Part shown: in pieces, positions 22,485 to 32,173 of the stretch | How the letters are laid out: each line of letters starts with the position of its first letter | Position numbering within the stretch: position 1 is the stretch's first letter | DNA from: a candidate division FCPU426 bacterium | GTDB taxonomy: Bacteria; Oederibacteriota; Muellerivitia; Muellerivitales; Muellerivitaceae | Assembly (NCBI GenBank): GCA_027452205.1 | Contig: DAIDGV010000027.1 | Location: forward strand, 6,471-70,470 | Length of the DNA stretch: 64,000 nt | Direction: 5' to 3' | The notes under the pieces: model-generated | Told to the model about the DNA's origin: nothing | Databases searched by the model: none | Seen by the model: the letters and a program-made list of their open reading frames with translations, nothing else | Position numbers and translations under genes: made by a program

Positions 22485-22619
22485 AGCAGCCTCCCTTTTT
22501 AACGGCAAAGATAAGTTAGGCCGGCTCCATTAAATAACTGTAACTAGGGTCATAACCTTTCGTTACAATGAGCCCTCAAGAGCCGGGGTTTCGCAAGTGC
22601 TAAAAACGCAAGGAATGGT

Positions 22620-23441
22620 ATGGCGACCTTTTCGGACAAGCTCAAATCAGCGATCCAACGGACTGGCGGCTGTTTATGCGTGGGTCTGGACGTGGATCTG
22701 GCCAAAATGCCCGCTGGGGTCGCCAAAGACGCTACGGGTGCCCTGACCTTTTGCCGGTCCATCATCGAAAGCACCCAGGACCTGGCCGCGGCCTATAAAC
22801 CCAATTTGGCCTTCTTTGAGTCCTTGGGCCCTGCGGGTCTGAAAGTTTTAGAAGACCTCCGAAAAGCTATTCCCGCCCATTGCTTGGTCGTGATGGACGC
22901 CAAGCGGGGCGATATCGGCAACACTTCCCAAGCCTATGCCAAAGCTTTTTATGAAAACCTCAAGGCCGACTCGGTCACCCTTTCCCCTTATATGGGGAAG
23001 GATTCGGTGGATCCCTTCCTGGAATATCCGGATACCTGCTCTTTTGTATTGTGCTTAACGTCTAATCCCTCATCGGCGGATTTCCAATTCCAAACCGTCG
23101 CTAACGGGAAGAAGCTTTATGAGCTGGTGGCCCAAACCGCCACCGGATGGGCCAAGGGCAAGAAAGCTGAAGTGGGTTTGGTCGTCGGCGCGACGCAAAT
23201 TCAATATATCCGCGACCTTCGACAGCTCGTTCCGGACACGGTCTTCCTCGTACCGGGTGTGGGTACCCAGGGCGGTGACTTGCAAGGCGTTCTGAAAGAA
23301 GGAAAGACCCGGAATGGTTTTGGAATCCTAGTGAATGTTTCCCGACAGGTGTTATATGCTTCCTCGGGCCCCGATTACGCCCAAGCAGCCCGGGTCCAGG
23401 CCCAAAAGCTGGTGGATGAAATGAAACCGTTCTTTTCTTAG
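22620..23441 (+). CDS. pyrF: orotidine-5'-phosphate decarboxylase
   Basis: LCVGLD, KPNLAFF, DAKRGDIGNT, PGVGTQGG. Confidence 0.95.
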   Translation: MATFSDKLKSAIQRTGGCLCVGLDVDLAKMPAGVAKDATGALTFCRSIIESTQDLAAAYKPNLAFFESLGPAGLKVLEDLRKAIPAHCLVVMDAKRGDIGNTSQAYAKAFYENLKADSVTLSPYMGKDSVDPFLEYPDTCSFVLCLTSNPSSADFQFQTVANGKKLYELVAQTATGWAKGKKAEVGLVVGATQIQYIRDLRQLVPDTVFLVPGVGTQGGDLQGVLKEGKTRNGFGILVNVSRQVLYASSGPDYAQAARVQAQKLVDEMKPFFS

Positions 23442-23449
23442 GAGTTGTC

Positions 23450-24037
23450 ATGACGAACGAAGAAGTCCTCAAGACCTACGAAGACACCCACGCCCTGCTC
23501 AAGGGCCATTTCCGCCTTTCCTCGGGCCGTCACAGCGACCGCTATCTGCAATCGGCCTTGGTGCTGCAATATCCCTGGATCGCCGAAAAACTTTGCCAGA
23601 CCCTGGCGGAGAAAGTCCGTCCCCTGGGCGCCCAAATGGTGCTGTCCCCGGCCATGGGCGGGCTCTTTGTGGGCCATGAGCTGGCCCGGGCCTTGAAAGT
23701 AAAATCCATCTTTACCGAACGCAATAAAGACACCGACGCGATGGAACTGCGCCGGGGTTTCACCGTGCAGCCCGGGGATAAGTTCTTCGCGGTGGAAGAC
23801 ATCATCACGACCGCCAAGTCGATCAAGGAATCCATCAAGGTGCTGGAGGATATGGGCGCCAAACTGGTGGGGGTGGGGTGCCTGATCGACCGTACCGGCG
23901 GGGAAGTGGACAAGCTCTTCAATGTGCCGGTGAAGGCCTTGGCCTCGCTCAAGGTCGAAAGTTGGGAAGAGGCTGACTGCCCGCTTTGTAAGCAAGGTCT
24001 GCCGGTCGTGAAGCCCGGCTCCCGGGCCAAGTTCTGA
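23450..24037 (+). CDS. pyrE: orotate phosphoribosyltransferase
   Basis: GHFRLSSGRHS, VEDIITT, KPGSR tail. Confidence 0.93.
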   Translation: MTNEEVLKTYEDTHALLKGHFRLSSGRHSDRYLQSALVLQYPWIAEKLCQTLAEKVRPLGAQMVLSPAMGGLFVGHELARALKVKSIFTERNKDTDAMELRRGFTVQPGDKFFAVEDIITTAKSIKESIKVLEDMGAKLVGVGCLIDRTGGEVDKLFNVPVKALASLKVESWEEADCPLCKQGLPVVKPGSRAKF

Positions 24038-24044
24038 GGTGGCT

Positions 24045-24287
24045 ATGAATCCCTCCCGAAAAAACAATCCGGCCGCAGGCCCTTCTTTCGAAGGCTATCT
24101 CTATGCCAATCTTTTCTTTTGGACGGTCCTGGTCCTGGCCGGGGTCGTTGGTTATTTTACCTGCGGGGCAATTTGGGACGATGTGACCCAAGGCGCCATG
24201 GAATTCCTCTTCGTGATCGTGGGAGGCGGCTTCACCCTGGTCTCGGTGTTGGATTATTTTTACGAGATCAAGACTACCGGTCGCTAA
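24045..24287 (+). CDS. small two-TM membrane protein
   Basis: GAGG SD, two hydrophobic helices. Confidence 0.6.
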   Translation: MNPSRKNNPAAGPSFEGYLYANLFFWTVLVLAGVVGYFTCGAIWDDVTQGAMEFLFVIVGGGFTLVSVLDYFYEIKTTGR

Positions 24288-24317
24288 GGATAGATCGTCA
24301 AACCACAAGGATGGTGC

Positions 24318-25313
24318 ATGAAAAGTTTCCGCTCGAAGTTCATCGCTTTTTTCTTAGCTGTTCAATTTTTCATTGTTCCCGTCGTGGCCACTTTGGCTTT
24401 GGCCCAGGACGTGACCGCTTCTCCGGCGGCCACAGATGACGAAGTACAGACCATCCAGCAATTGGCCAAGAACGGCTATTTGGGCGATAAGAAGGATTAC
24501 TACCTCAAGGCCCAGAACCTGACTGAGGACGACATTACCGATGCCATCTTGAAGGCCAATGAGACGATCATGGCCATCGACATGAAGGATTATCAAAACC
24601 AGAAGGGCAATTACCGGATCGAGGATCTCCAGACCTTACTGGACCTGGTCAAGGACAAGGCCGCGAACATCCGGTCCCGAAAAGTTTCCGCTTGGAAATT
24701 AGAGAATCGACTGGAAAAGATGATCGCCCTTTCCACCCTGGTCCCGGCCTTGGATGCCGGGACGGTCGTTCCCCCGGTGCCCACCGCTACTAGCGTGCCT
24801 TTCACACCGACGGCAACCCCGATACCCGGTCCAACCCGGGCCGAGTTCAACAGCCTGAAGGAATCCATGGACCTTCTGGACCATAAACTGGCCGATGTGC
24901 AAACGGACCTCTACAAGAAAGCCGACGCGATCCAGACTCTGCAGGCGAACGGGCAGGACCTTAAAATGGGTCAAGCGGATATCCAAGAACAACTCAAACT
25001 TGTCAAAAAGTTGCTTGATCGTGTACAGGAAGATGTGAAAAGGTCCGAGGATCACTTGACGGAGATGGACAATAAGATCGATAAGAAGCTGGTCACCGAT
25101 ACTGAAATGCGGCAAGAGCTGACGGTGATGCACAAAGATCTTCGCGACGACACCGAGGATATCAGTGTGCTCAAGGAACAGGTCGCCAAGTTGGACAAAA
25201 CCGATTATGGGCCCAAAAACCCGGTGGACGAATTTTTGGCCTCGAAATGGTTACCCGGTGGCGCCTTGGTGGTGGGTTTGACGGCTTTGGTGCTGGAGTT
25301 GGTCCGAAAATAA
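24318..25313 (+). CDS. exported coiled-coil protein with C-terminal TM
   Basis: signal peptide ALA, PT-rich linker, heptad region. Confidence 0.7.
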   Translation: MKSFRSKFIAFFLAVQFFIVPVVATLALAQDVTASPAATDDEVQTIQQLAKNGYLGDKKDYYLKAQNLTEDDITDAILKANETIMAIDMKDYQNQKGNYRIEDLQTLLDLVKDKAANIRSRKVSAWKLENRLEKMIALSTLVPALDAGTVVPPVPTATSVPFTPTATPIPGPTRAEFNSLKESMDLLDHKLADVQTDLYKKADAIQTLQANGQDLKMGQADIQEQLKLVKKLLDRVQEDVKRSEDHLTEMDNKIDKKLVTDTEMRQELTVMHKDLRDDTEDISVLKEQVAKLDKTDYGPKNPVDEFLASKWLPGGALVVGLTALVLELVRK

Positions 25314-25322
25314 GGAGGCGTT

Positions 25323-25982
25323 ATGTTCTTAGGTCATTACGGGGCCGCTTTCGCGGCTAAAAAATGGGCGCCGAAAGTTTCCTTGGGACTGTTGGTCCTA
25401 GCTGCGGTTTGGCTGGACCTGCTCTGGTCCCTTTTCCTGATCCTTCACTGGGAGGATGTGGCCATTTCGCCTGGTATCACCAAGGTGATCCCCATCGACT
25501 TCACCAATTATTCTTTGAGCCATAGCTTGGTCATGGCTGTCGCCTGGGGTGTGGTGTTCTGGATGGTCTCCCTGGTGCTGACGAACAACCAAAAAACTTC
25601 CCTTATCCTGGGCGGGTTGGTGGTGGCCCACTGGTTCCTCAATGTCATTACCCACCGGCCGGACCTTTCCTTGTTGCCCGAAGGCAATCCCATGACCCCG
25701 CGTTGGGGCCTGGGTCTTTGGAACTCGGTGCCGGGCACCATCGTGGTCGAATTGGCCCTTTTGAGCGCCGGTATCTGGCTTTACGCGAACGCGACCAAGC
25801 CGGTGGGGGCCAAGGGCCAATGGTTCTTTTGGAGCCTCTGCGCGGCTTTGATCGCTTCCTTCGCAGCTCTTTTTTTCATGCCGGTCCCCAAGGCACCGAT
25901 CTGGGTCGCCATTGAGGGACAGGTCCAGTTGGTCTTTGTGGTCTGGGCCCTTTGGACCGACGACCACCGGAAGAACGCTTGA
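25323..25982 (+). CDS. membrane-bound metal-dependent hydrolase-like protein
   Basis: MFLGH, SHSL, HW..H motifs, multiple TMs. Confidence 0.7.
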   Translation: MFLGHYGAAFAAKKWAPKVSLGLLVLAAVWLDLLWSLFLILHWEDVAISPGITKVIPIDFTNYSLSHSLVMAVAWGVVFWMVSLVLTNNQKTSLILGGLVVAHWFLNVITHRPDLSLLPEGNPMTPRWGLGLWNSVPGTIVVELALLSAGIWLYANATKPVGAKGQWFFWSLCAALIASFAALFFMPVPKAPIWVAIEGQVQLVFVVWALWTDDHRKNA

Positions 25983-26422
25983 AACTTTCAGTCAAGGTCC
26001 GCCCGGTCCAGGCGAAGGATCGCGCCTCCCTGGCACTGGTCTTCCAAGCCGCTTTCTCCAACGAGCCTTTCCACGAAAGATGGGGAAGGGCCCAGGTTCT
26101 CAAAAGGGTCCAAGAGCTTCTTTCCGACAAATCGGTCGCGGGCTGGGTCGTGATGGTCTTCGGACAGCCCATCGGATTCTCTTTCCTACAAGTGCGGCAA
26201 GGTGCCCGGGAACTTTATGGCGAACTTTTGGAAACGGCCGTCCATCCCTATTTCCAAGGACAGGGAATTGAGCGGACCTTGCTGAGCGCAGTGAAGCGAT
26301 TCCAGAAAGCCAAAAAAGTCCGCAATGTGATGGTCCTGGCCTTTAAAGGCCCCCATGCTGAGTGGTTCCGGGGAGCAGGCTGGGTCGAATCCAAGCGGAC
26401 AACGGTCCTCGTTTCGAGATAA
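25979..26422 (+). CDS. GNAT family acetyltransferase
   Basis: VHPYFQGQGI motif A. Confidence 0.7.
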   Translation: MKLSVKVRPVQAKDRASLALVFQAAFSNEPFHERWGRAQVLKRVQELLSDKSVAGWVVMVFGQPIGFSFLQVRQGARELYGELLETAVHPYFQGQGIERTLLSAVKRFQKAKKVRNVMVLAFKGPHAEWFRGAGWVESKRTTVLVSR

Positions 26423-26479
26423 CGCTTACCTGTTCAGTTTCATTCCCCCGTCGTTCCTTGTTCCGTTAAGATTTGACCT

Positions 26480-28390
26480 ATGAATAAAACCCTGAAATGG
26501 AAACTCAAAGCGCTGCTGGTCTTTGGCGCGGGACTTGGTCTTTCTTTGCTCTTTTGGGACCATTTTACCCTGCCCTTTCATAACCCTCTTGAAGTTGTCG
26601 GTTATTGCACCGAGAAGAGCATTAACCCCCAGGATGATGTGATCCGTTCGGCCTTCTTTATCCTGTTCCCGGCGTTGTTAGGACTTCTTTTTTTACGTGA
26701 CTGGAAAGGTTTTTCCGAAAGAGAGTTGGGCCGGGAGCCTGTCCAGTCCAGGGATACCTTTTGGAAGTTCCTTTTAATGCTCTACGCGGCCTTGATCGCG
26801 GTCAACGTTCCCACCTATCACGCCTTTGGCCGCTTTGACGTTTTTCACGAAGGCGAATCGCTGGGCTCCGCCTTGTCCGTTCTCCAGGGGTTCAAACCCT
26901 ATCGAGATCTTTTCTTCTTCCACGGTTTGGTGCAAGACCCCTTAAGGGCTTTAGCTGTCCGTCATGACCTGGGATATCTCATCGGGTCCGAAAGGGTCTG
27001 GGAATCGGGTATGAAGACGCTGGGTTGGATGTTCCTGGCGCTGGCCCTTCTGAGTCTTTTTCGCCGGAATAAGGCCTGGGCCTTTGGCGCGCTTTCACTT
27101 TTGGCATTGTTGCATGTTCGCTTTCTCTTCGATGTGGTGGGTCTCTTAATGGTCCAACCGCTGAATCCGCAAACGGTCCTGCAGGCTTTTTTAACCCATT
27201 CTTCCTTTTGGGCTTCTTTCAACGAATTCATTTTCCCGTCCAGGGACCTGTTGACCGTGCTTTGGTGCTGGAGCTTCTTTGAGATGGACCGGATGGAAAG
27301 GATGGGGGACGAGAGACGGTCTTTGGCTGTTTTTCCTTTCCTCTTCGCTTTTGTTCCGGTCTTCGGTTTGGTCTATTCGGTCGATCGAGGGGTTTATTTA
27401 ATCCTCGCTTCGCTGTTGGTGTTGGGGCTTGCCAGACCCCAATGGAGGTCCCCAAACAGCAAGTTCCTTTGGGGATCGGCGATCGGTGGGGCGGTCCTCG
27501 CGGGAATGATCGATACGTTTTTACTCCAGGGAAATTGGGCCGGGTTCATTCAGTTCGTCTTCTTGAAACTACCCCGGTTCAAGGAACTGTCCGAGAAGTT
27601 GCCCTATCCCATCCACGAGCCTCTTTTCTTTGGGGTCTGCGCGGTCTTTGCGGGGGAGGTCTTTTTCTTGGCGCTGGCCGGATCGGCTTTATATCGGAAT
27701 GAAAGAAATTGGGCCGCCATTCAACGGGAATATCGGATCGAAGCGACCCTCCTTTTCCTCTCTTTGCTTTTCTTCCGCAATGTGCTGGCTAGATCGGAAC
27801 AAGAACATTTGATCTACAGTCTCTTGCCCTTCTATCTGCTGCTTTTTTATCAAGGCTGGAAGTACGCCCGGGGTTGGTCAGGACGTTGGGAAAGGATCCT
27901 CAAACCTTTAGTCTTAACGCTGGCAGTCCTGATGGTGGTCCCTATTTTCCGGGAGGATGTGTTGCGGCAGAACTTTCCCCTGGGCGTTCCGGACGACCAG
28001 TTCGTTCTTCCCGCGCAAAAGGACCTCGTCAGCCGGTTGGGGCCACTGATCAAACCAGGGGATGGATTCTTCACCTTTACCCCGGAAGCAGGCTGGTATT
28101 ACCTGCTTCGGCAGCCTTGTCCGACGCCTTATCCCTATTTGTGGACCGCGGTTACCATTGAAGCGCAAAAAGAAGTGGTCGGGGCCTTGGAAGAAAAGCG
28201 GGTCAAGTGGGTGCTTTACCGGGACCAGGAATGGTCCTGGCAGATCGACGGGATCCCCAATGACCGTAAGTTTCCGGTCATCGCGGCCTATCTAGCCCAG
28301 AACTACCAGCCCGCTTTTAACGTAGATGGTTCTGAAATTTGGGTCCGTAAGAAGAACAACAGTCCGTCAAAACCCGCCTCGAAAAGTTAG
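26480..28390 (+). CDS. polytopic membrane protein (GT-C-like, uncertain)
   Basis: many TMs, DVFHEG..PYRD motif, soluble C-terminal domain. Confidence 0.7.
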   Translation: MNKTLKWKLKALLVFGAGLGLSLLFWDHFTLPFHNPLEVVGYCTEKSINPQDDVIRSAFFILFPALLGLLFLRDWKGFSERELGREPVQSRDTFWKFLLMLYAALIAVNVPTYHAFGRFDVFHEGESLGSALSVLQGFKPYRDLFFFHGLVQDPLRALAVRHDLGYLIGSERVWESGMKTLGWMFLALALLSLFRRNKAWAFGALSLLALLHVRFLFDVVGLLMVQPLNPQTVLQAFLTHSSFWASFNEFIFPSRDLLTVLWCWSFFEMDRMERMGDERRSLAVFPFLFAFVPVFGLVYSVDRGVYLILASLLVLGLARPQWRSPNSKFLWGSAIGGAVLAGMIDTFLLQGNWAGFIQFVFLKLPRFKELSEKLPYPIHEPLFFGVCAVFAGEVFFLALAGSALYRNERNWAAIQREYRIEATLLFLSLLFFRNVLARSEQEHLIYSLLPFYLLLFYQGWKYARGWSGRWERILKPLVLTLAVLMVVPIFREDVLRQNFPLGVPDDQFVLPAQKDLVSRLGPLIKPGDGFFTFTPEAGWYYLLRQPCPTPYPYLWTAVTIEAQKEVVGALEEKRVKWVLYRDQEWSWQIDGIPNDRKFPVIAAYLAQNYQPAFNVDGSEIWVRKKNNSPSKPASKS

Positions 28391-28459
28391 TTTTCGGTCA
28401 AAAAGGACCCACCCTTTCAGGTCAATGGGCCAAAAACCCCCTGTTTGGTCCCTGGGTTC

Positions 28460-28476
28460 AGGCATGGCTTATGCAT
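28460..28476 (+). promoter_or_regulatory. candidate sigma54 -24/-12 promoter
   Basis: aGGCATG-gctt-aTGCA, GG-N10-GC spacing. Confidence 0.35.
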
Positions 28477-28509
28477 TTCTAAAAGCCATCCGATGTCCAG
28501 AAGGTACCG

Positions 28510-28635
28510 ATGCGATATTCACTTTTAGTTTTTCTCTTGTTGGCGGGCTGTCTCTTGGCGGTCTCCTGCGCCGACCGATCCCTGCAGTCGCCGGTAAATC
28601 CCAGCACGGGTACCAGCGCGACGCCGGGTTATTGA
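28510..28635 (+). CDS. 41-aa putative lipoprotein (absent from the ORF track)
   Basis: AAGGT SD; MRYSLLVFLLLAGCLLAVSCADRSLQSPVNPSTGTSATPGY*. Confidence 0.6.
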   Translation: MRYSLLVFLLLAGCLLAVSCADRSLQSPVNPSTGTSATPGY

Positions 28636-30287
28636 ACCTCGATCACGAGGCTCTTTTCCTTGGTCATGCTCACCATGCCCATGGGCGCGCCCGGTATCTT
28701 CTTCACGAATTTGCGGTGGGTATAACTGACATTCACCTTCGTGCCCGGCTTGGCCTTGCTGTGGGCCGCGGCTTCCTTGGCGGCTTGGACCACCAATTCA
28801 TCCGGCACGGGGTCGTCCCGGCGGAAACGCCGAAGTACCACATGGGCTCCCGGCAAGTCCCGTACGTGGAACCAGAGGTCCTCCGGCTGGGCTAGCTGGA
28901 AAGTAACGTATTCATTGGCGGCGGCGGAGGTGCCGACGCAAAGCTCAAAATCCTTCCCGAGCTTGGTTCGGATGATATTGGGCGTTGGGACCTTTTCTTC
29001 CTTTGCTTTCTTCGGTTTGGCCGCGGCGGGTTTGGCGGAGGGAAAGAGCCGCTGGAAGGCTTTCTTTACCTCTTCGGCGGTTTGAAGGGAAGGCAGGCTG
29101 CGCTGGGCGGCCTTCAGGTCCTCAATGCGCTGCTGCACTTCCTTTTCCCTTTTTTCGACCATCTCCAGTCCCCGGGAACCCTTTTGGGACTTTTTGAAGA
29201 ATCGCTGGGCGTTCTGTAGGGCGCTGATGCTTGGGTCCAAGGTGATCGGGATGGGGTTCGGGTTGCCGCGCACAATGTCCTCAAGATCCACCTGGGCGCT
29301 GTGGGGTTTGATCTTATGGAGCGACGCCATGACCAACTCGCCCCAGTGCTGGTATTGGTCCGCCCGCATGGCCTCGGAACGGTCCTTTTTCAACTTATCC
29401 TGGATGCGCTTTTCGTGTTTGAGGACCTTGTTGATGCTCTGCTCCAGCCGAACCTTTTCGCCCTGGCGCTGATGATGCAGGTTCTCGGAACGGTACCAGT
29501 TTTCATAGGCTTCACTGGCGGTGGAAAAGACCTTGGTTTGAGGATGGGGTGGCACGTGGCTGGGCAAAACCTTGAGCTGAGGCGGCGGACCGGGCAGCAA
29601 CAAGAAATGGTTGAAGTGGCCGGCTTCGATGTCCCTTTTGGTCTTGATCCACTCCGCGGGGGCATGGTCGCCGAAGCTTTCCAAGTAAGCGCTCAACTCC
29701 GGATCGGTGCCGATGAAGTCATTCTTGAGCCATGGACCCCAAGCGGGGGAGCCCGCTTTTTTCCAAAGGTCGGTGAGGGTTTTCTCATCCAAGTCCCAGA
29801 TGTTCGGTTTAGGCGGCTGCGGGGGCGGGGCATAGACGCTTTGGGGCAGGATGGGCCGCTCCACGTCGCTCTTATAACGGAGGGCGCTGACGACTTGGTC
29901 CTGAGGGTCGAGCAGGATGAGGTTGGGATATTTGGGAATGCCCTCGAAGACCAGGGCGTGGGGCCCTTGGGCGGTCTTGAAGTTGAAACGGATGATGCGA
30001 CTGCCGGGTTGGGACTCGATTGTGGTCAGTTGGGCGTATTCCAAGTTCTTGCGTAGGGACCGGCAAAAGTTAGGCGGTTTGGGCAGGGCTGGTTCCTTGG
30101 CGGTGCTGGTAAAAATGACAGGATTTAAAGGCAAAATGGAAACAATCAGGTGCCGGTTGGACAGGTCCGGATGGTAGAAGCTGATCTCCACCGTCTCGTT
30201 AGCGGATTGGGAGATGTGGGATACTCGGCTGTTGGCGAGCTGCTTTCGGAATTCTTGGGTCAGGATCTGGATAAAGGTTGGGGTCAC
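28629..30287 (-). CDS. rqcH: NFACT/RqcH (FbpA family) ribosome quality-control protein
   Basis: LRKNLE, NAQRFFKK, DLWFH..PGAHV, YT.RKFVKK. Confidence 0.88.
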   Translation of the reverse strand: MTPTFIQILTQEFRKQLANSRVSHISQSANETVEISFYHPDLSNRHLIVSILPLNPVIFTSTAKEPALPKPPNFCRSLRKNLEYAQLTTIESQPGSRIIRFNFKTAQGPHALVFEGIPKYPNLILLDPQDQVVSALRYKSDVERPILPQSVYAPPPQPPKPNIWDLDEKTLTDLWKKAGSPAWGPWLKNDFIGTDPELSAYLESFGDHAPAEWIKTKRDIEAGHFNHFLLLPGPPPQLKVLPSHVPPHPQTKVFSTASEAYENWYRSENLHHQRQGEKVRLEQSINKVLKHEKRIQDKLKKDRSEAMRADQYQHWGELVMASLHKIKPHSAQVDLEDIVRGNPNPIPITLDPSISALQNAQRFFKKSQKGSRGLEMVEKREKEVQQRIEDLKAAQRSLPSLQTAEEVKKAFQRLFPSAKPAAAKPKKAKEEKVPTPNIIRTKLGKDFELCVGTSAAANEYVTFQLAQPEDLWFHVRDLPGAHVVLRRFRRDDPVPDELVVQAAKEAAAHSKAKPGTKVNVSYTHRKFVKKIPGAPMGMVSMTKEKSLVIEVQ

Positions 30288-30400
30288 GGGAACTTTCGGC
30301 CCGACAGTCGGGAAATTTTTGGGTCACTCGAGGGCTAGTCTAGCGGGAGCGGAGAGGTTCTTTCCATGAGAACTTTCTTTCGGTCGACCCCGCAGGATGT

Positions 30401-30429
30401 TTGACACTAGGAATGGGCAGGCTTAAACT
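30401..30429 (+). promoter_or_regulatory. sigma70 promoter of fatty-acid operon
   Basis: TTGACA-17 nt-TAAACT. Confidence 0.7.
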
Positions 30430-30475
30430 TGTTTTGACGCTCGCTTCACTCCATCAACACGTTTTGGGAGAGCTT

Positions 30476-32152
30476 ATGAACGACAGGCCTTGGCTGGCGT
30501 CTTACGACGAAGGCGTTCCTAAAACCCTTGAGTATCCCCAAAAATCCATCTCTGAGATCCTGGCGGAAACTGCCCAAAAGTTCCCAAATCATCCGGCGGT
30601 CTTCTATTTTGGCACTCGTTTTACCTATAGCGATCTCGATGAGAAGGTGAACCAGTTCGCCCATGTTCTTTTAAAAGAGGGCATCAAGCCCGGGGACCGG
30701 GTAGCCCTTTACCTGCCCAATTGTCCCGCGGCGGTCATCGGTTTTTACGCGGTTATCCGCGTCGGCGCCATCCTGACCCAGCTTAACCCGCTCTATTCGG
30801 CCAGTGAGACAGCCCACCAATTAAAAGACTCGGGCGCCCAATATGTGATCGCCCTGGACCGTTTCGTGCCCATCCTCCGCCAGGTGGCCGTTGAGTGTCG
30901 GCTGAAGAAGGTCTGGGTCACCCGGGTGAACGATTATTTCCCCTTCCTTTTGCACCTGCTTTATCCCATAAAGGCCAAAAAAGAAAAGGTGTGGGTGGAC
31001 TGGCCCACCGAGCCCCTTTACCAAAGTTTTGTCCATGAACTGGAAATAGCCTCCCGCGCCCCCGTGCATAGTCCCGCCCACATGGACACGACCACTTTGC
31101 TGCAATACACCGGCGGCACTACCGGAGTGGCCAAAGGCGTCATCATGACCCACCGCAACATGGTGGCCAACGCTTACCAATGCAAGTTATGGTTGCCGGG
31201 ATTGGTTGAAGGCAAGGAAGTCTTCATGCTGGCCATTCCCATCTTCCATTCTTACGGTATGACCGCGGGGATGAATTTCGCCCTTTCGTTGGCCGGGTCC
31301 ATGGTATTGGTCCCTAAGTTCGATGTGCTTCAGGTGCTCAAATCAGTGGATAAATACCACGTTAGCATCTTCCCGGGAGTCCAGGCCATTTACGTGGCCA
31401 TCAACAACTATCCCGGCGTGGGCAAGTACAACATTCACAGCATCAAGGCCTGCATTTCGGGCGCCGGGCCTTTGCACCAGGAAGTCCAAAAGAAGTTCGA
31501 GGCCCTGACCGGCGGCAAATTGGTTGAGGGCTATGGCTTGACCGAGGCCTCGCCGGTGACCCATTGCAATCCCGTGTTTGGGAAGCGCAAGATCGGAATG
31601 ATCGGCCTGCCTTTCGTGGGAACCGACGCCAAGATCGTGGACGTGGAAACGGGCACTAAAGATATGGGTGTCCGGGAGATCGGCGAGGTGGTCGTGAAGG
31701 GGCCCCAGGTGATGCAGGGCTATTGGAACCATCCGGAAGAGACCGCCATGGTGCTCAAGGACGGCTGGCTTCACACGGGCGATATCGGCTACATGGACGA
31801 GGATGGGTTCTTCGCTATTGTGGACCGCAAGAAGGACATGGTGAAGGTGGGCGGCGAGAACGTCTATCCCCGCGATGTGGAAGAAGTGCTGTTCCAGAAC
31901 GAGAAAGTGCTCGATTGCGTGGTGGCGGGCGTGCCTGACGAGAAGTTGGTGGACAAGATCAAGGCTTACATTGTGCTCAAGCCCGGGCAGACATGCGACT
32001 CGACCGAGATCATCGAGTTCTGTAAAGGCAAGCTGGCGAAATATAAGGTGCCCAAGGAAGTGGAATTCCGTGAATCCTTGCCGAAGAACATGGTCGGCAA
32101 GATGTTAAGGCGTTTATTAGTCGAGGAAGAAAAGGCGAAACTGAAGAAGTAA
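30476..32152 (+). CDS. fadD: long-chain fatty acid-CoA ligase
   Basis: YTGGTTGVAKG, EGYGLTE, GWLHTGD, DRKKD. Confidence 0.92.
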   Translation: MNDRPWLASYDEGVPKTLEYPQKSISEILAETAQKFPNHPAVFYFGTRFTYSDLDEKVNQFAHVLLKEGIKPGDRVALYLPNCPAAVIGFYAVIRVGAILTQLNPLYSASETAHQLKDSGAQYVIALDRFVPILRQVAVECRLKKVWVTRVNDYFPFLLHLLYPIKAKKEKVWVDWPTEPLYQSFVHELEIASRAPVHSPAHMDTTTLLQYTGGTTGVAKGVIMTHRNMVANAYQCKLWLPGLVEGKEVFMLAIPIFHSYGMTAGMNFALSLAGSMVLVPKFDVLQVLKSVDKYHVSIFPGVQAIYVAINNYPGVGKYNIHSIKACISGAGPLHQEVQKKFEALTGGKLVEGYGLTEASPVTHCNPVFGKRKIGMIGLPFVGTDAKIVDVETGTKDMGVREIGEVVVKGPQVMQGYWNHPEETAMVLKDGWLHTGDIGYMDEDGFFAIVDRKKDMVKVGGENVYPRDVEEVLFQNEKVLDCVVAGVPDEKLVDKIKAYIVLKPGQTCDSTEIIEFCKGKLAKYKVPKEVEFRESLPKNMVGKMLRRLLVEEEKAKLKK

Positions 32153-32173
32153 CGGTCAACAAGGAGGCCAATC

